64,000 nt of DNA from positions 248,001 to 312,000 of the forward strand of contig CDMY01000385.1 of NCBI GenBank assembly GCA_001179505.1. The letters run 5' to 3'. The notes under the pieces were generated by a model that was not told the DNA's origin, searched no databases, and saw only the letters and a list, made by a program, of their open reading frames with translations. Source of the stretch: Vitrella brassicaformis CCMP3155 (taxonomy: Eukaryota > Protista > Chromerida). Shown here piece after piece: positions 37,354 to 49,800 of this stretch (position 1 is its first letter; every line of letters begins with the position of its first letter). A program made the position numbers and the translations under genes.

Positions 37354-37404
37354 GTGACGGCTGGTCGACAAGTCCATGTGTCTGTGGAATCGGTCTGGCC
37401 TGAG
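37354..37404 (+). promoter_or_regulatory. Putative SECIS element (type II, GUGA...UGAG core)
   Basis: GUGA at 37354 is followed by a stem ggcuggucga/ucgg-u-cuggcc (10 bp with G-U pairs and one bulge), unpaired AA at 37370-37371, an apical mini-helix ucca/ugga, and UGAG at 37401. It lies in the 3' UTR of the UGA-containing gene. The outer helix I is weak by eye. Confidence 0.7.
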
Positions 37405-37617
37405 AGTGTCTCGCTCCCACTGATCTCCTGTGCCGGCGGGGGAGGGAGTGCAGGCAGGGGCGCACCACTGTGCTCTGGGGTGTGCTGTGTGGACACGCTT
37501 CTCGCCAATCTAAATGCATTCATTCATTCACTGTCAGGTCACCATGTAGACGTGTAGCGGAAAAAACCCCAGAGAGATCCGCACATATCATTAATCACGT
37601 CCTTTCACTGACCTAGC

Positions 37618-40249
37618 TTAGCTGGGCAGCTGCACTCTCCCCTTCCCTCCCTTCAGGGAGCTCTTCTTCAGGAACCTCATCTTCCGTTTGGTCATGCCCT
37701 TCGGCATTTGCAGCTGGCCCATCTGGCTGCCAACCTCGCTGTCAAGCCCCTCCTCAATGTCGTCACCATCAGCATCCTCCCCTCGCCCAAGGCCGAGCTG
37801 CTCCCGCTCCTTCACAATGGCCAGCAGCCCATCGTCGTCATCACCTTCATTGTCAGCCACATCTCTCCCGCCATCCTCCCCCTCTGCCAAGCCCCTCCAC
37901 CCCGACTCCGCTGATGGCGGCATCTCCACATGTCTCAGCTTGCCGGTGCAGAAGTGCTGCACCACCATCCTTGCCGTTCGGAAGAGGTCCGGCTGCCCGC
38001 CTTTGCCCCCACTGTGGTACCCTCGCACGTGGGCCAGCGCCGTCAGGAAGGTCTGCGCGTCCACCCTGCCGGTGCGCAGAAATGAGCGCTGAAGGGCATC
38101 GAGCATGGGCTGATGCGCGGCCAGGTGCCGCCCTCCCTGCTGCTGGTGTGTGTCGCTGCTGTCTTGGTCGCGTGTTGGGAGGGCTTCCGGTAGGTAAGTA
38201 GCGAGCAGCTCGGGCGTGATCTTGTCGCAGACCAGCTGGACGGGGGGGAGAAAGTCGCCCCTGATGCATACATAAGGGACAGCCAGAAAGAAACGCATCT
38301 GCACTAGGTAGATACTCTCTTGTGCCAGGAGGTGGATCTACCTGAGCGATTCGACAGGAAGCACCCCGTTTATGACCAAAGCGGCCTTCGACGCGACGAT
38401 CGACGGAAAGACCAAACCTGCACACCGCACATATTCAATGCAACACATCCATCCATTCTGCACGTATCAGGGAATGCACACACCACACTGGTTTGTGCAC
38501 TTTGTCTGATGTGACCCTACATTACCTGGGCAGTCGCAGATGATGATCTGGTAAGCGGGCAGGTGGAAGGTCTGGAAGTGCTTGGTCTTGCCGGGGGTGC
38601 GGCTGACCGCCACCCTCTTGGCCTTCACAAGCGCATTGATGAGGCTGCTCTTGCCCACGTTCGGGTAGCCCACCATGCCCACCGTGTACATCTCCTCTTC
38701 TGCAGCACCGCCCTCCCTCCCTCCCATGTCCTCCTTCCTCAGCCCTGCCACCCAGGTTTTGAGGTACTGCAGCAGCTGCTCGCAGCTGAGGACGTCGGTG
38801 CCATCCCCGACGTATACCTCGTCCTCCAGGTTGCCGTAGCCCGTGTTGATGTCGAGATCCAGGTCGGCCAAGAACTGGTCGGACGGGGCGAGGGGCTGGG
38901 GGTGGTTGGAGGGGCCCGCACCAGGCGATGGGGATGACGATGGATGGTGGAGGCGCGCGGGGTCGTCCTTGACGGAGAGGCCGGAGCGGCGTAGCTCACG
39001 CAAGGCCGAGAAGAAGATCACCGGCACGCCCTGACCAAGGCAGAGAGGTTGGGTGCGTCCGAATGTGTGTGACACGCATGTGTGAGTGTCAGATACCCAC
39101 CTGCTTTTGGAAGTAGTGGACCCACTGTCTCCTGATGTCCCTGGAGAGGAAGTCGGCCTTGTTGAGCACCAGCAGGGAGTGCTTGCCGGTGTTCATCTCC
39201 TTGACGTACTTCTCCAGGTCCCCACACCGGTAGAACAGGGGGTGCCTGGCGTCGCATATCTGGAGGACGATGCGGCTCCGCTCAATGACCCGCCACAGCT
39301 GCCGCCACACCTCGATGTTCTTCTCATACGGCGTCATCACCTGGCCCTGCGCCTCCTCAATGTGCGCCAGACGACGCCGCCAGGAGAGGAAACTCTGCTG
39401 CTCGAGACGGTCGAGCTCCGCCGCACTGATGCCGCCAGACCCCTCCTTTGGGCCCTTGCTGTCCTTCCTGCGTCTGGGAGTGTGCCGAGACTGTGGGTAT
39501 CGTGGTCCTGGGGCTGGGTAGGGGGGTTGAGCTGGCTGAGAAGGGGGCGAGGATGCGGTCGCCACTTGATCTTTTGCCGCGTTGGTGGGACTATCAGCAG
39601 CCGCATCAGCATCCTCCGATGGCTCGTCGTCCTCGCTCTCGTCCTCATCATGCGCATCCTCACCCTCCTCACCTTCTGATGCGCCGTCGAGGCCCTCGTC
39701 GCCGCCGAGATCTCCGCCATCGATGTCAGACTCATCGACATACTCATCATCGAACACATCGTCATCCTCACGGTCGTCACCGTTGGCATGTGGCGCAGGC
39801 AAGGGCTCAGCAGCAGCTGCTTGGCTGTCGGGAGGGGGGTGGTCGGCCGCGTCACTCGCTTGCTGCTGATGCCTCTTGAGGAAGTTCATGGGCCGTCTTG
39901 GTATTGGCACACTGATCTCGCTGACGCCGCCATACAGCCGTCCCTTTGGCGCCGCCCTGGGGTGCTGCTGCGGGTGGTCTAACGACACGACCATGGTGCT
40001 GCGGTGCACCTCCACCTCATGCTCCTCCTTCTGCGCCAGCACCGACTCTAGGTACTCATCTAATGCATTCCGCTCGATGATGGACTTGAGGTTCTTGGTG
40101 CCGCCAGTGGCTGATGTGCTGTGGAGATTGAGGTCAAGGCTGTGCTTGCCAGCGGCACGGCTATCGATGGCTCGGCGCTCCTTGTCGCGAACAAGCGCTT
40201 TGCCGAGTGCGCCGCTCGAACCACTCTTCTTTCCTTGAGGCTTCGGCAT
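37618..40249 (-). CDS. LSG1: Large-subunit GTPase 1 (circularly permuted GTPase)
   Basis: Motifs are LGKAL, MTPYEKNIEVWRQLWRVIERS, DARHPLFYRC.DLE.YV, LVLNKADF, VGMVGYPNVGKSSLINAL, VSRTPGKTKHFQT and DCPGLVFPS. Confidence 0.97.
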
Positions 40250-40434
40250 GGTGGGGACGCCGTCGGATCTATGCTGCCTTTCCTTGCCCCCCGCGATCCC
40301 ACCTTTGCAGAGCTCGCACTTCGCGAACTCAAGGCCGCAACGGCGGCGCCGTCTTGAGGACAGCTGCTACCGATAGAAGCCGAGAAAAAGGGAATCGGTA
40401 GCTCTTTCCTTTCGATATACTTTTTGGTGTTTCG

Positions 40435-43016
40435 ATGGGGCGGTGGCTGAATGTGGACATCATTGTCAACGATTTGCTGTACGTCTGCAAAGCATGCCTA
40501 ATCATCACGGGTGTGTGCGTCGGCGGGCTGTTCTTCATAACAATAGGATGGATAATATGGCCGGTCAGTCAGCACGCACACAGTTGTCACATCAATCAGG
40601 GACGCCAGAGCCCTCAACACGACTCTTCTGTAGCTCTGTGGACTCTGTGTTGTCATTTCCAGGTGATTTATGTCGTGTCTGAGGCTCTCTGCTACTGGAG
40701 ATGGCGATACCGACTGGCGCTGCTCAAGTCCCTCCCCCCCTACCGGCCGCCCGTCAGCCAGGAGTGGATCGAGATGTGCGAGACGGCCATGCTGGAGGAC
40801 CACACGGCCGAGGAGCTGCGGATGCTGCTGTATTATTGCTTCTACTGTGTCTGGCCGGAGCAGATCGGCCGGAGGGACGTGGAGAGCTTCTTCATGTACC
40901 ACTTCCCCACGTCATGGGAGCACATTGAGTGGTTTGTGGACCAGCTTGAGGACAAAATGGGTCAGTTAGCGCGGCAGAGGGGAGAACAAGGGCTCGCAGA
41001 GCCGACAAAGGATGGATGAGCAGTGAATGGATACATACGTGTGGGTGTGGGCGATTGCTGCCATGTCATTCATCGGTTTGCAGGCATCCGTTTCCCTCAT
41101 GTTCGAAGCACGACGATTCCGTCGCAGTGTCCGCGGACGGGCGACCCCATGCTGTTGCAGGACGCCTATTCGCGCATCCACGGGTACCGATTCGGTATCC
41201 ACCCCATCAAGGCCATCTACCGGCCCCTGCCGTTCCTCATAGCCATCAACCTGTGGCAGAGCTTCAGCCTATGGATACTCAAACGATACGGATTCAAGAC
41301 ATACGAGTAAGTAAGCAACGGACGGAGGGAGGGAGGGAGGGAGGGAGGGGGCAAACAGGGCGGGCACTCGGTGGGATGGATGGATGGATGTCTTGGTTTT
41401 GGCCGGTGTGGTTGGTCTGCTGGGGCTTCTTGTGCAGAGTGCCGACGAATCAGTTTGTGCGTTTCCACATGTGGATGCCGCCGAAGCACTTCGACGTCCG
41501 GCGCGACCGAGAGCGCAGTGTGCCAATCGTCGTCCTGCACGGCCTCGGTTTCGGCCTCATCAACTATGTCTTCCCCACACTCAAGCTCATGCAGCTGATG
41601 CGCACTCAGTCCCCACGGCCCCGGGGCTACGGCCGGCGATTCGCCCCGGCCCCCGTGTGTCCTCGGCCGGTGATCGTGTGCGAGATGAGCATGATCGGGG
41701 GTTATCCCAGCGGTGTGGCCGACTTCCGGCAGCTGCCGACAATGCCCCAGATCGCCCATTATGTGGCCCAGTTCGTCTACGCCCACTTCTCGCCGCCCAC
41801 CCCATTCGTCCCGGAAGAGGAGTCCGAGACCATCGGCGGGGGTGGTGCCCTGTCGATCTCCCTCCCCCATGGGCCATCACCTGGCTGGGAGGACGTCAAG
41901 TCCGCCCTCACAGGCACGGCATCGACGGCCATCGGCACGGACTCTCCGTCGCCTCTGTCGTCGGTGGTGTCGCCCCACACGGATGCCGAGGGGGAGTTGC
42001 AGAAGCGGGGGACGTTCTTCAGCGCTCACAGTGGCACGCTGACGACTCAGAACACTCTGGACGAGGACAGCCCGACACTGCGGCGGCGTGAGGAGGTGGA
42101 GAGGCAGAGGGAGAAGAAGCGTCGGGCTGAGGAGGCCCGGTCGCTGTTCGGGTGCGGCTATCGCAGGAAGCGCCAGGTGGACAAGGAGGAGGAACACGTG
42201 GCCACGCTCCGCTTCGTCCCCGACCACCGGAGAAAGGGCGTACACATGGATGTCGTCTCACACAGGTGAGGTGCACTCGGGTAGTGAGTGGGAAAAGGGC
42301 TCGCTCGCTTTGCTTGCTCATCTTATCTTGCTCGTCGCGCTTCTCTCTCTCTCTCTCTCTCTCTGTGGGGGGGGGGGGGGGNNNNNNNNNNNNNNNNNNN
42401 NNNNNNNNNNNNNNNNNNNNNNNNNNNNNNNNNNNNNNNNNNNNNNNNNNNNNNNNNNNNNNNNNNNNNNNNNNNNNNNNNNNNNNNNNNNNNNNNNNNN
42501 NNNNNNNNNNNNNNNNNNNNNNNNNNNNNNNNNNNNNNNNNNNNNNNNNNNNNNNNNNNNNNNNNNNNNNNNNNNNNNNNNNNNNNNNNNNNNNNNNNNN
42601 NNNNNNNNNNNNNNNNNNNNNNNNNNNNNNNNNNNNNNNNNNNNNNNNNNNNNNNNNNNNNNNNNNNNNNNNNNNNNNNNNGGGGGGGGGGGGGGGTCTG
42701 TCTTATATTTATCAGTTTCGGCACGGCGATAACGTCGATACTGCAAAAGCAGTACCCGTCGTTGATTCGGCGGTGTGTGCTGGTCGACCCCGTATGTTTT
42801 TTCGTGCTGCCCTTGAAGAAGGCGCAGCTGGGGTACCTCTACCCCTGGGAGATCAACCTGGTGGACCCACCTCACGGGAGGGGCAAGGGGCTCTTCGCCC
42901 TCATCAGGAGACCCCTCGAGAAACTTTATGACTTCAGGTCTGTCACTCAGGAGACGGCAGGCATTCAAATATCTGTCTGTGGGGGATGCATCGCCGGAAG
43001 AAAACCATGGATGGTG

Positions 43017-43053
<37 letters not shown>

Positions 43054-43622
43054 CTGTGTGTGTGTGTGTGTGTGTGTGCAGTCAACTGTTCGTCACGTGG
43101 CTGTTGGCCTTCCGTGACCTCAACACGGTGTGGATGTACAGCCGTAACCTGCAAGGTGGGTGAACCAGCCGATCCACCGTGGATGGACGGCCCCCACGGG
43201 GGATGGGGATTGTCTCGTTGCTGCGTGTCGTTCAGGTCACGAGTATCTGGATTGTGGTGAGATTCTCCAGCTGCAGGAGCGCATGATGGTGATCCTGTCT
43301 GGGCGGGATGTGCTGCTGCCCGCCGCGTCCATCCGCCGATACCTAAGCAGGAAATGCCCCGCCGCAAAAGTCATACACATGGACTGGTGCGTCACGTCAG
43401 CACCGCACCAGACAGACGCAACACACAGACCTTCAGGATCTACCATTTGTGTATGTGTGCAGGTTGCCGCACGGTTTACCATTTGTGCTCCCGAGTGTGC
43501 TCAAGAAGGTGGCGGTGTTCCTGCAGGCGCCGCCGAGCAAGCCACAGCCACAGCCCCAGCAGCCGCAGGCTACGCGTGACAGCAGCAAGCTCATGATCAA
43601 AGACCAAGAGCACTCCGATTGA
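40435..43622 (+). CDS. Membrane-anchored alpha/beta-hydrolase
   Basis: It has an N-terminal TM, PIVVLHGLGFG, the nucleophile elbow VVSH|SFGT (spliced across the gap-containing intron), VLVDPVCF, ILSGRDVLL (Asp) and LPHG (His). Confidence 0.8.
42382..42681. other. Assembly gap (300 N) flanked by G15 tracts, inside an intron
   Basis: The N run is directly visible, with 15 G on each side. Confidence 0.99.
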
Positions 43623-44984
43623 TCAGCGCTGCGACATGCGCATGCGGGCTGAGAGGCAGGGAGAGAGGGAGGGAGGGAGGGAGGGTATTGTGTGTGAGTG
43701 CATGCTGGTGGATTGACGAGTGTCACATTCAGCCAGTGCTGTGCTGTGTTGTGTTGTGTCGGTTGGTTTGGGTATCTGAGCGACTGGAGCTGCTCACCTT
43801 TTCTGCCTGGCGGGGGGGCCGCCCTCTCGCCACTAATTCTCACCATTTCTTTCCCATCCATCGTATCTCGTATCGTGAATTAGTGCGCCCCTCGATTTGT
43901 CATCGTGTGAGTGTGTGGATCGGATTGATGGTTTGGTGAACTGATGACGAGAGCGCCTCCACGCACGCGACTCTCATGGTATGTATGGTGGATGGATCGG
44001 TGATATATGCGTGGATACACACGTGCACGTATTCCCGGTGGTCTTTTTAGTTAAAGTTTGTCTGTCTTGCTGGGTGGGACGCTATGTGGTGAGTGAGCGA
44101 ATGGAGTGGAGACCGACCTATATGCAGCGCCCTTAAATGAAGAAGAAGAACGGTAGAATGCAGGTCGGTCCGTCAGTCACATCACACCTGTCTGTGCCCG
44201 TCCATGGATGCCGCCCCCCCTCTCCACTCGCTCACTCTCACCCTCACATCGCTGCATGGCATGCATCCGGAGCCGTATGCTTGGCATCGGCACTCATATG
44301 CAGACAGTGAGTGCAGTGAAACCAACAGAGTGTGAAGACTGCTCTCAGCTCTCGGGGGACACACACACACACACGGGCAGGCAGGCAGGCAGACACATAC
44401 GACACAGAAATACGCACGCACACCCGCCATCCGCACACCATCCCCGTCCGGTAAGAACGTGGAAGCAAGCAGCGCTAAATGCAAAACTCGTTCGCTTGGT
44501 CGTGCAGTGACTGAGTGAGTGAGTGGGCAAGATGAGGTGGGGACGAAAAATACCCCTTATTATTGTGTGTGTGGACGTTGAAAGCATCCCTCACTCATCG
44601 TTAGCAAAACTTGCCTCATCCGGCTGCCTGCCCCCTGCCCGCCAACCGGCAGATCAGCAGCCGCCTGCATGAGGCTGCAGCATTCTTAAAAGGCAAGGAA
44701 CAAACTCTCCGAGCAGGCCTTCACTGGCGTGTGGGGGCCAGTCACCCACACGCCAATGAAGGCTACGAGGCCATCCAGCAAGAGACCGACGGACGGACCG
44801 GCCGCTGTCTCCCCACGCGCCCTCCTACCTACTAGTGAAAAGAAGTTGCCCGACCCGCCTGTACCTGTCACACAGCTGTCTGTACACATTTCATTCATTG
44901 ACAAACACACAAACTGTCCCCCTCCCCCCCCTCCCCGCCTCCCCCGGCAAGCAAGGCCAGTGTGTCAAGAAAATCGGACTGATG

Positions 44985-45828
44985 TCACGATTGGTTCCAC
45001 CGCCTTGGGTTCCAGAACCTGCAGCACAACACCGAGACAGACAGACAGGCACACACACACGCGTGAGTGAGTGATGGCCATCTCATGCCGTCCATGCTGT
45101 GCTGCGTCGTGCTGTTCTGTGTGACTGTGAGTGTGTGTTTACTCGCTCCAGCTTTTGAATGGTACAAATCCTCCGCATGTGGGGCATCTCCTCTCTTTGC
45201 CGTTCTGCGTCATGATCAAGCCGCTCCCCGAACACCGACGGCACGCCTGGGAGATACATACATCAAACCACCAGCAGCGGACACAGCCGACCAGTGAGTG
45301 ACGGTCCTTACGATCCGCGTGTGCGTGTGTGTGTGTGTGTATGTGTGTGTGTGACCCTCTGTGTCTGTATCCGCTTGCTACAAACAGCACACACACCGAA
45401 AGCAGAACACTGACAGTCCAGCGGTGCAGCGCCACTGATTGATTGTCTGCCTGCCTCTTGTCTTGCTTCCCTCCGACTCACTTGAACTCGAATGCAGCGA
45501 TTGTGAAAGGCAGGAAGCCCGCAATGGTGCCGACGAGGGCCTGCTGCTGGTACATCTGCATGTCCACCTCACTCAGCGGCTCCTGCACCCTCTCAGCAAT
45601 CACCAACAGCGCATCCTCAGGCAGCATAGACACAGCTATCGTTGCATCTTCCCCCGCTGTTGGTGTTGTGATGCGCAGAGGGGATGCCGGGAGGCGTGAA
45701 GGCCTGAGGAAGGCCTCGAGCTCTGTCGCGTGAGGCCGGCACTGCACGGCGAGAGGGCCACTGAGGGTCATCAGCAGCGTCCACAGAGAGCCGGAGCTGA
45801 CAGCGCGGTACACTCGCCGAAGTATCAT
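44985..45828 (-). CDS. Plastid-targeted small membrane protein with DnaJ-type CxxCxGxG zinc finger, 4 exons
   Basis: The spliced product has a signal-like N-terminus (SLWTLLMTLSGPLAVQC), a TM segment LVGTIAGFLPFTIAAFEF, then NKRIQTQRACRRCSGSGLI...RRCPTCGGFVPFKSWSEFWNPRRWNQS*. Confidence 0.75.
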
Positions 45829-46843
45829 GGAGGTGCTTCGCGAGGCTACGTACCTAAAGGCCAGTCGACCCCAGCTCGCAAACCCTGAAGACCGAACCCT
45901 AGAGGTCCCCGATAACGATTTCACTCGGTATCCATATCACCACTCGCGGTTTGCAAAGCGTAATGTCTGGGATTCAACTCTCTGTTTCTGGCTCTCTGCC
46001 TTTCCACCACTGTCCAGGTGAAAGGGCTGTGCGACTCCATGAACATTGACCAGACTCCATTCATCCCATCCCGCATGCAGTGCTTTTTTGGCCATCGACC
46101 TTTCTACTTGGTGCTCATGCATCCATCCATCCATCCCCCACCGTCGTATCCATCGCTCCTCACATCTCACATAGTCATCCGATCCATCTCTCTCTCACAT
46201 GGCTGGATGCACTCCGGCCAAGCCACGAGGTGAAAAAGCACCTCGGTTCACAAGGCCGTCCTGCATCGACCCCCATGCGCCTACGTGTCTGTCAGTCTGT
46301 CTGTCCAGCGATCTCTCCCCTCTCTCCTCGCCAGCCACGCGGTGGACGCGCGTCAGTCACACGCAACACGCACAGGCACACACACGAGACACACGGCCCC
46401 ATACACACGGTAGGTCTATATAAGCCATTCACATAACAACAAAATCGTGACGAGACGATCGATCTGTCAGGTCCATTCATTCGGACACATGACAGCCCTG
46501 GCCTGCCTGCCTCCCTGCCTGATGCCATCCGTAGAGCAACAAAAAGACGCTGCCCCCTCTGACCCCATCCATGCCATGCAGTACATATAAACCACGTACG
46601 TACTTATATAAGCGAGATACATAGATGGGTAACACCACGCGCACACCCACGTCAGACGAGCATCCATCCAATCGATAAAACACTCGCATCGCGAGCATCG
46701 CACGAGCACTCACGCACAGCACACCAGTGCAGTAAGTGGGAGAGAGGGAGCGAGGGAGGAGCCACTACTGTCCCCCCGCGGCATCATGAATGAATGAAGG
46801 CCCTCATGAACAGGGCGGTGCGATGATTCTTTCAGTAAGTCAG

Positions 46844-49800
46844 TCATGATCGCTTCCGCAGCGATGTCCTTCCCGGCACCGATCTGGCGGGCTGCTTGCG
46901 CTTGAGCCGTCGGGAGCGGCGCTCGCCGTCGCCGAAGATGGCCTTGGGGATGCGCCCGTGCATCCCCATGTTGTGGTCCACCACCTGCACACACCACTCA
47001 CACCGACGGTCATGGGTGCGATGGAAGGGCCTCTGTCTGTGTGTCTCTTCAGCTGCATGTGAGTACGAACCTGTGTGACGCCGAAATGGACAGCGCATGA
47101 CATGATGTTGATGGCCTCACTCTCAGTCAGATTCCACTTGTCCTGAAGACACAGACCAGACACGCCCATCATCGGTTGGCCGAAACGACTTTGCGTGCCC
47201 CCCTACCATCATGAAGTCTCGCGTGTTGATGTAGGTGTTGTTCATGGCCATGTTCAGATGGTCGCCGGGAAGATTGAAAATCTTCCTCTGTGCGTCCAGC
47301 GGCGAGTCGCCCAGCGTGTAGATGTAGTTGTCGTATGTGAAGCCCGAGATCACCCACTCATCAGGCTTCTCGAAGATCACCGTGTCCGTGTTGGCCAGCT
47401 CGGGCGGCTTCTCGCCGTCCTTGATGACGTCGATACGCAAACGTGCCGTCAGGCTGTGTTCGATGGCCGTGCCGGTCAGCTCGGAGTCGCCCTGTGTGCT
47501 GTGCGCATCACCTGCAAACATCCATCCAAATCGCTAACGCACTCTGCTTCTTGTGCACATCGGTGGGGAGGTGGCTGGCTGACCAGCAGAGAACAATCCA
47601 CCCTCGACCTCGGCCTTGAGGTACACGGTTGTGCCCGGCGCAGTCCTCTTCTGATCCAGGTTGTGGCCAAGGTACCCCATGGCAGGTATCGACGTGATCT
47701 CGTCGTCGATGGCTGACGCAAGGCCAAGGTTGCCGATATGGGGGTTGAGGGGCACCTTGAAAGGGAAGGGGTCGAGCTGATACTCAATGGGGGTCTCCTC
47801 CATGACGGACCATCCCATGTCCTGTGCTGCGCCGCTGCTGTTGGGGTATGTGTGTGGGAAGATGAGGCCGGAGATGTGTGTGTAGCCCAGGAAGTCATCG
47901 TGGCCTTGTGGGTCGATGATGTTGGCTATGTTGTAGTAGTACAGGGGAGAGGCGATCCACGTGCCGTTCTCCTGGTAGGCCTCCCTGACCCACACACACA
48001 GCACAGACAAGCGATCATGCAGGCAGGCAGGCAGGCATCGAGAGAGAGGTCGTTTGTGTGTGGTTCGGTGTTCACCAGGTGGATGCGAATTCATCAGAGT
48101 ATCCGCATCCCGTGCGGCCACGGAAGGCGTCTCCCATGCACCAGTCGCTGCCGTCGCGCTTGGGAAGGCGGTATTGATAGCCCCAATTGCCCAATACCAC
48201 GCTGACACGGAAGACGGCAACACAAGGAAGCACAGATGGCCTCACACGATGGATGACGCAAGTGTGGTTGCTTTTTGTAATTTGCTCACCTTCCGAAGGT
48301 CCTGTTGTCTTGACCGGGATTTAGGCGGGGCACCAAGTCCAGTATGTCAACCTACACACACATACACATGCATAACGCCCTCACGGACAAAGCCGCCCAC
48401 CCACTGTCCCCTCCCACCCCACCTTGCCCCCTGCCCCTTCCATGCATACCTTGACTGTGTCGTTGGGCTCCACGCCGCAAATGAACACGGGGCTGATGGC
48501 CACAACCACAACGGAGCGTCGATGTATGGATGAACCGTCAGCTGTTGCGTGTCCCCACCCACCCTGTCATGATGTGAGCGCCCTCGCACGTCGGAGTGCG
48601 GTCACCCTCAGTCGACGGCACATTCTCGCAGCGTGCGCCGCGCTTGGACACGGGCATGTCCGTCTGGTTCCACCAGTAGATAGCCTCGGTAGCAGCGTCG
48701 CCCATGCTGATCCTGTCCCAGTCGTCCCCTCCGTTAAGCGTGATCGTCTCGATCACAACCTGGTGAATGAACCAACCCACACAGGTACCATCGCGTCACT
48801 CTCCATCTCCCTCTCTGTGTGTGTGCGTGTTTGTACCTCGTCGCCGGGATTGACATAGAGAACAGGTGGAATATCCTTGTGGTAATATCCCCAGTGCACG
48901 GTCTCTGGGCTGGCGCGGATGATCTTGGGGCCCTCCGGGGCGGGACAGCCGGACGTCGACTCGACAAAGTCTGTCAGCTCGGGCAGCTCTGGCACAGACC
49001 AGCCCTTGAGGCCCTCATACGGCGGGAAGATGGCCTTCGGCACCATCGTGTGCACGCCCCAGTTGCCATCGACCACCTGGGTGACAGCGAAGTCGCCAGC
49101 GATGGAAATCGCGGTGAGGGCTTCATTGGGCGCGACACCAAACTTGTCCCTGTGAGAGCGTCCATGACACCAAAGTCAGAAGTCTGCGTGCATGTCCTTC
49201 CCTGCCCCTCTCTCTGTCTGTCTGTCTGTCTGCCTACACGATGAAGTCTCGTGTCTGCGCAGTGGCGGTCTTCATGGCCGCGTCCACATCCGCTCCCACA
49301 GAGAAGATCTCGTCAGGGTCATCAAGCTCCGACAGGTACTCCGGCACGGCGAGGCCGTGCACCACATAGTGGGTGGGCGTCTCGCCAAGAGGGAAGGCCA
49401 GGTTGGCCATCCACAGCTCGTGTTCCTCGCTGTTTTGCTGGATGACCGTGATGCGGAACCTGCCCGTGACGCTGATTTCGATTGCGGTGCCGCTGACCTC
49501 CCCGTCGCCCTGGGCGGCGTGGGCATCGCCCATCGAGAGCAGACCGCCGGGCACCCGTGCCTTGTAATACATGGTGGTGCCTTGGCCGATGTGGATGCTG
49601 TCGATGTTGCCGCCACTGCAGACGAATAAACGAGCAACACACACAGACGATACATCCATCCATTGCGTGCGCATGTGTGTTGGTGTCAGTCAGAGTGCTG
49701 ACTTTGATCCCATGGGGGGGATGCTGTTGACGACGTCGACCTCAGAGGGCGCCAGACCCATGCCTACATGCGGACGCAGACAGGAGCAGACGAGGGTTGT

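Noticed and set aside
43900-44980. Short ORFs in the intergenic region between the hydrolase and the Zn-finger gene
   Set aside because: The region is microsatellite-rich, with no motifs or consistent splice structure. It is probably convergent 3' UTRs.
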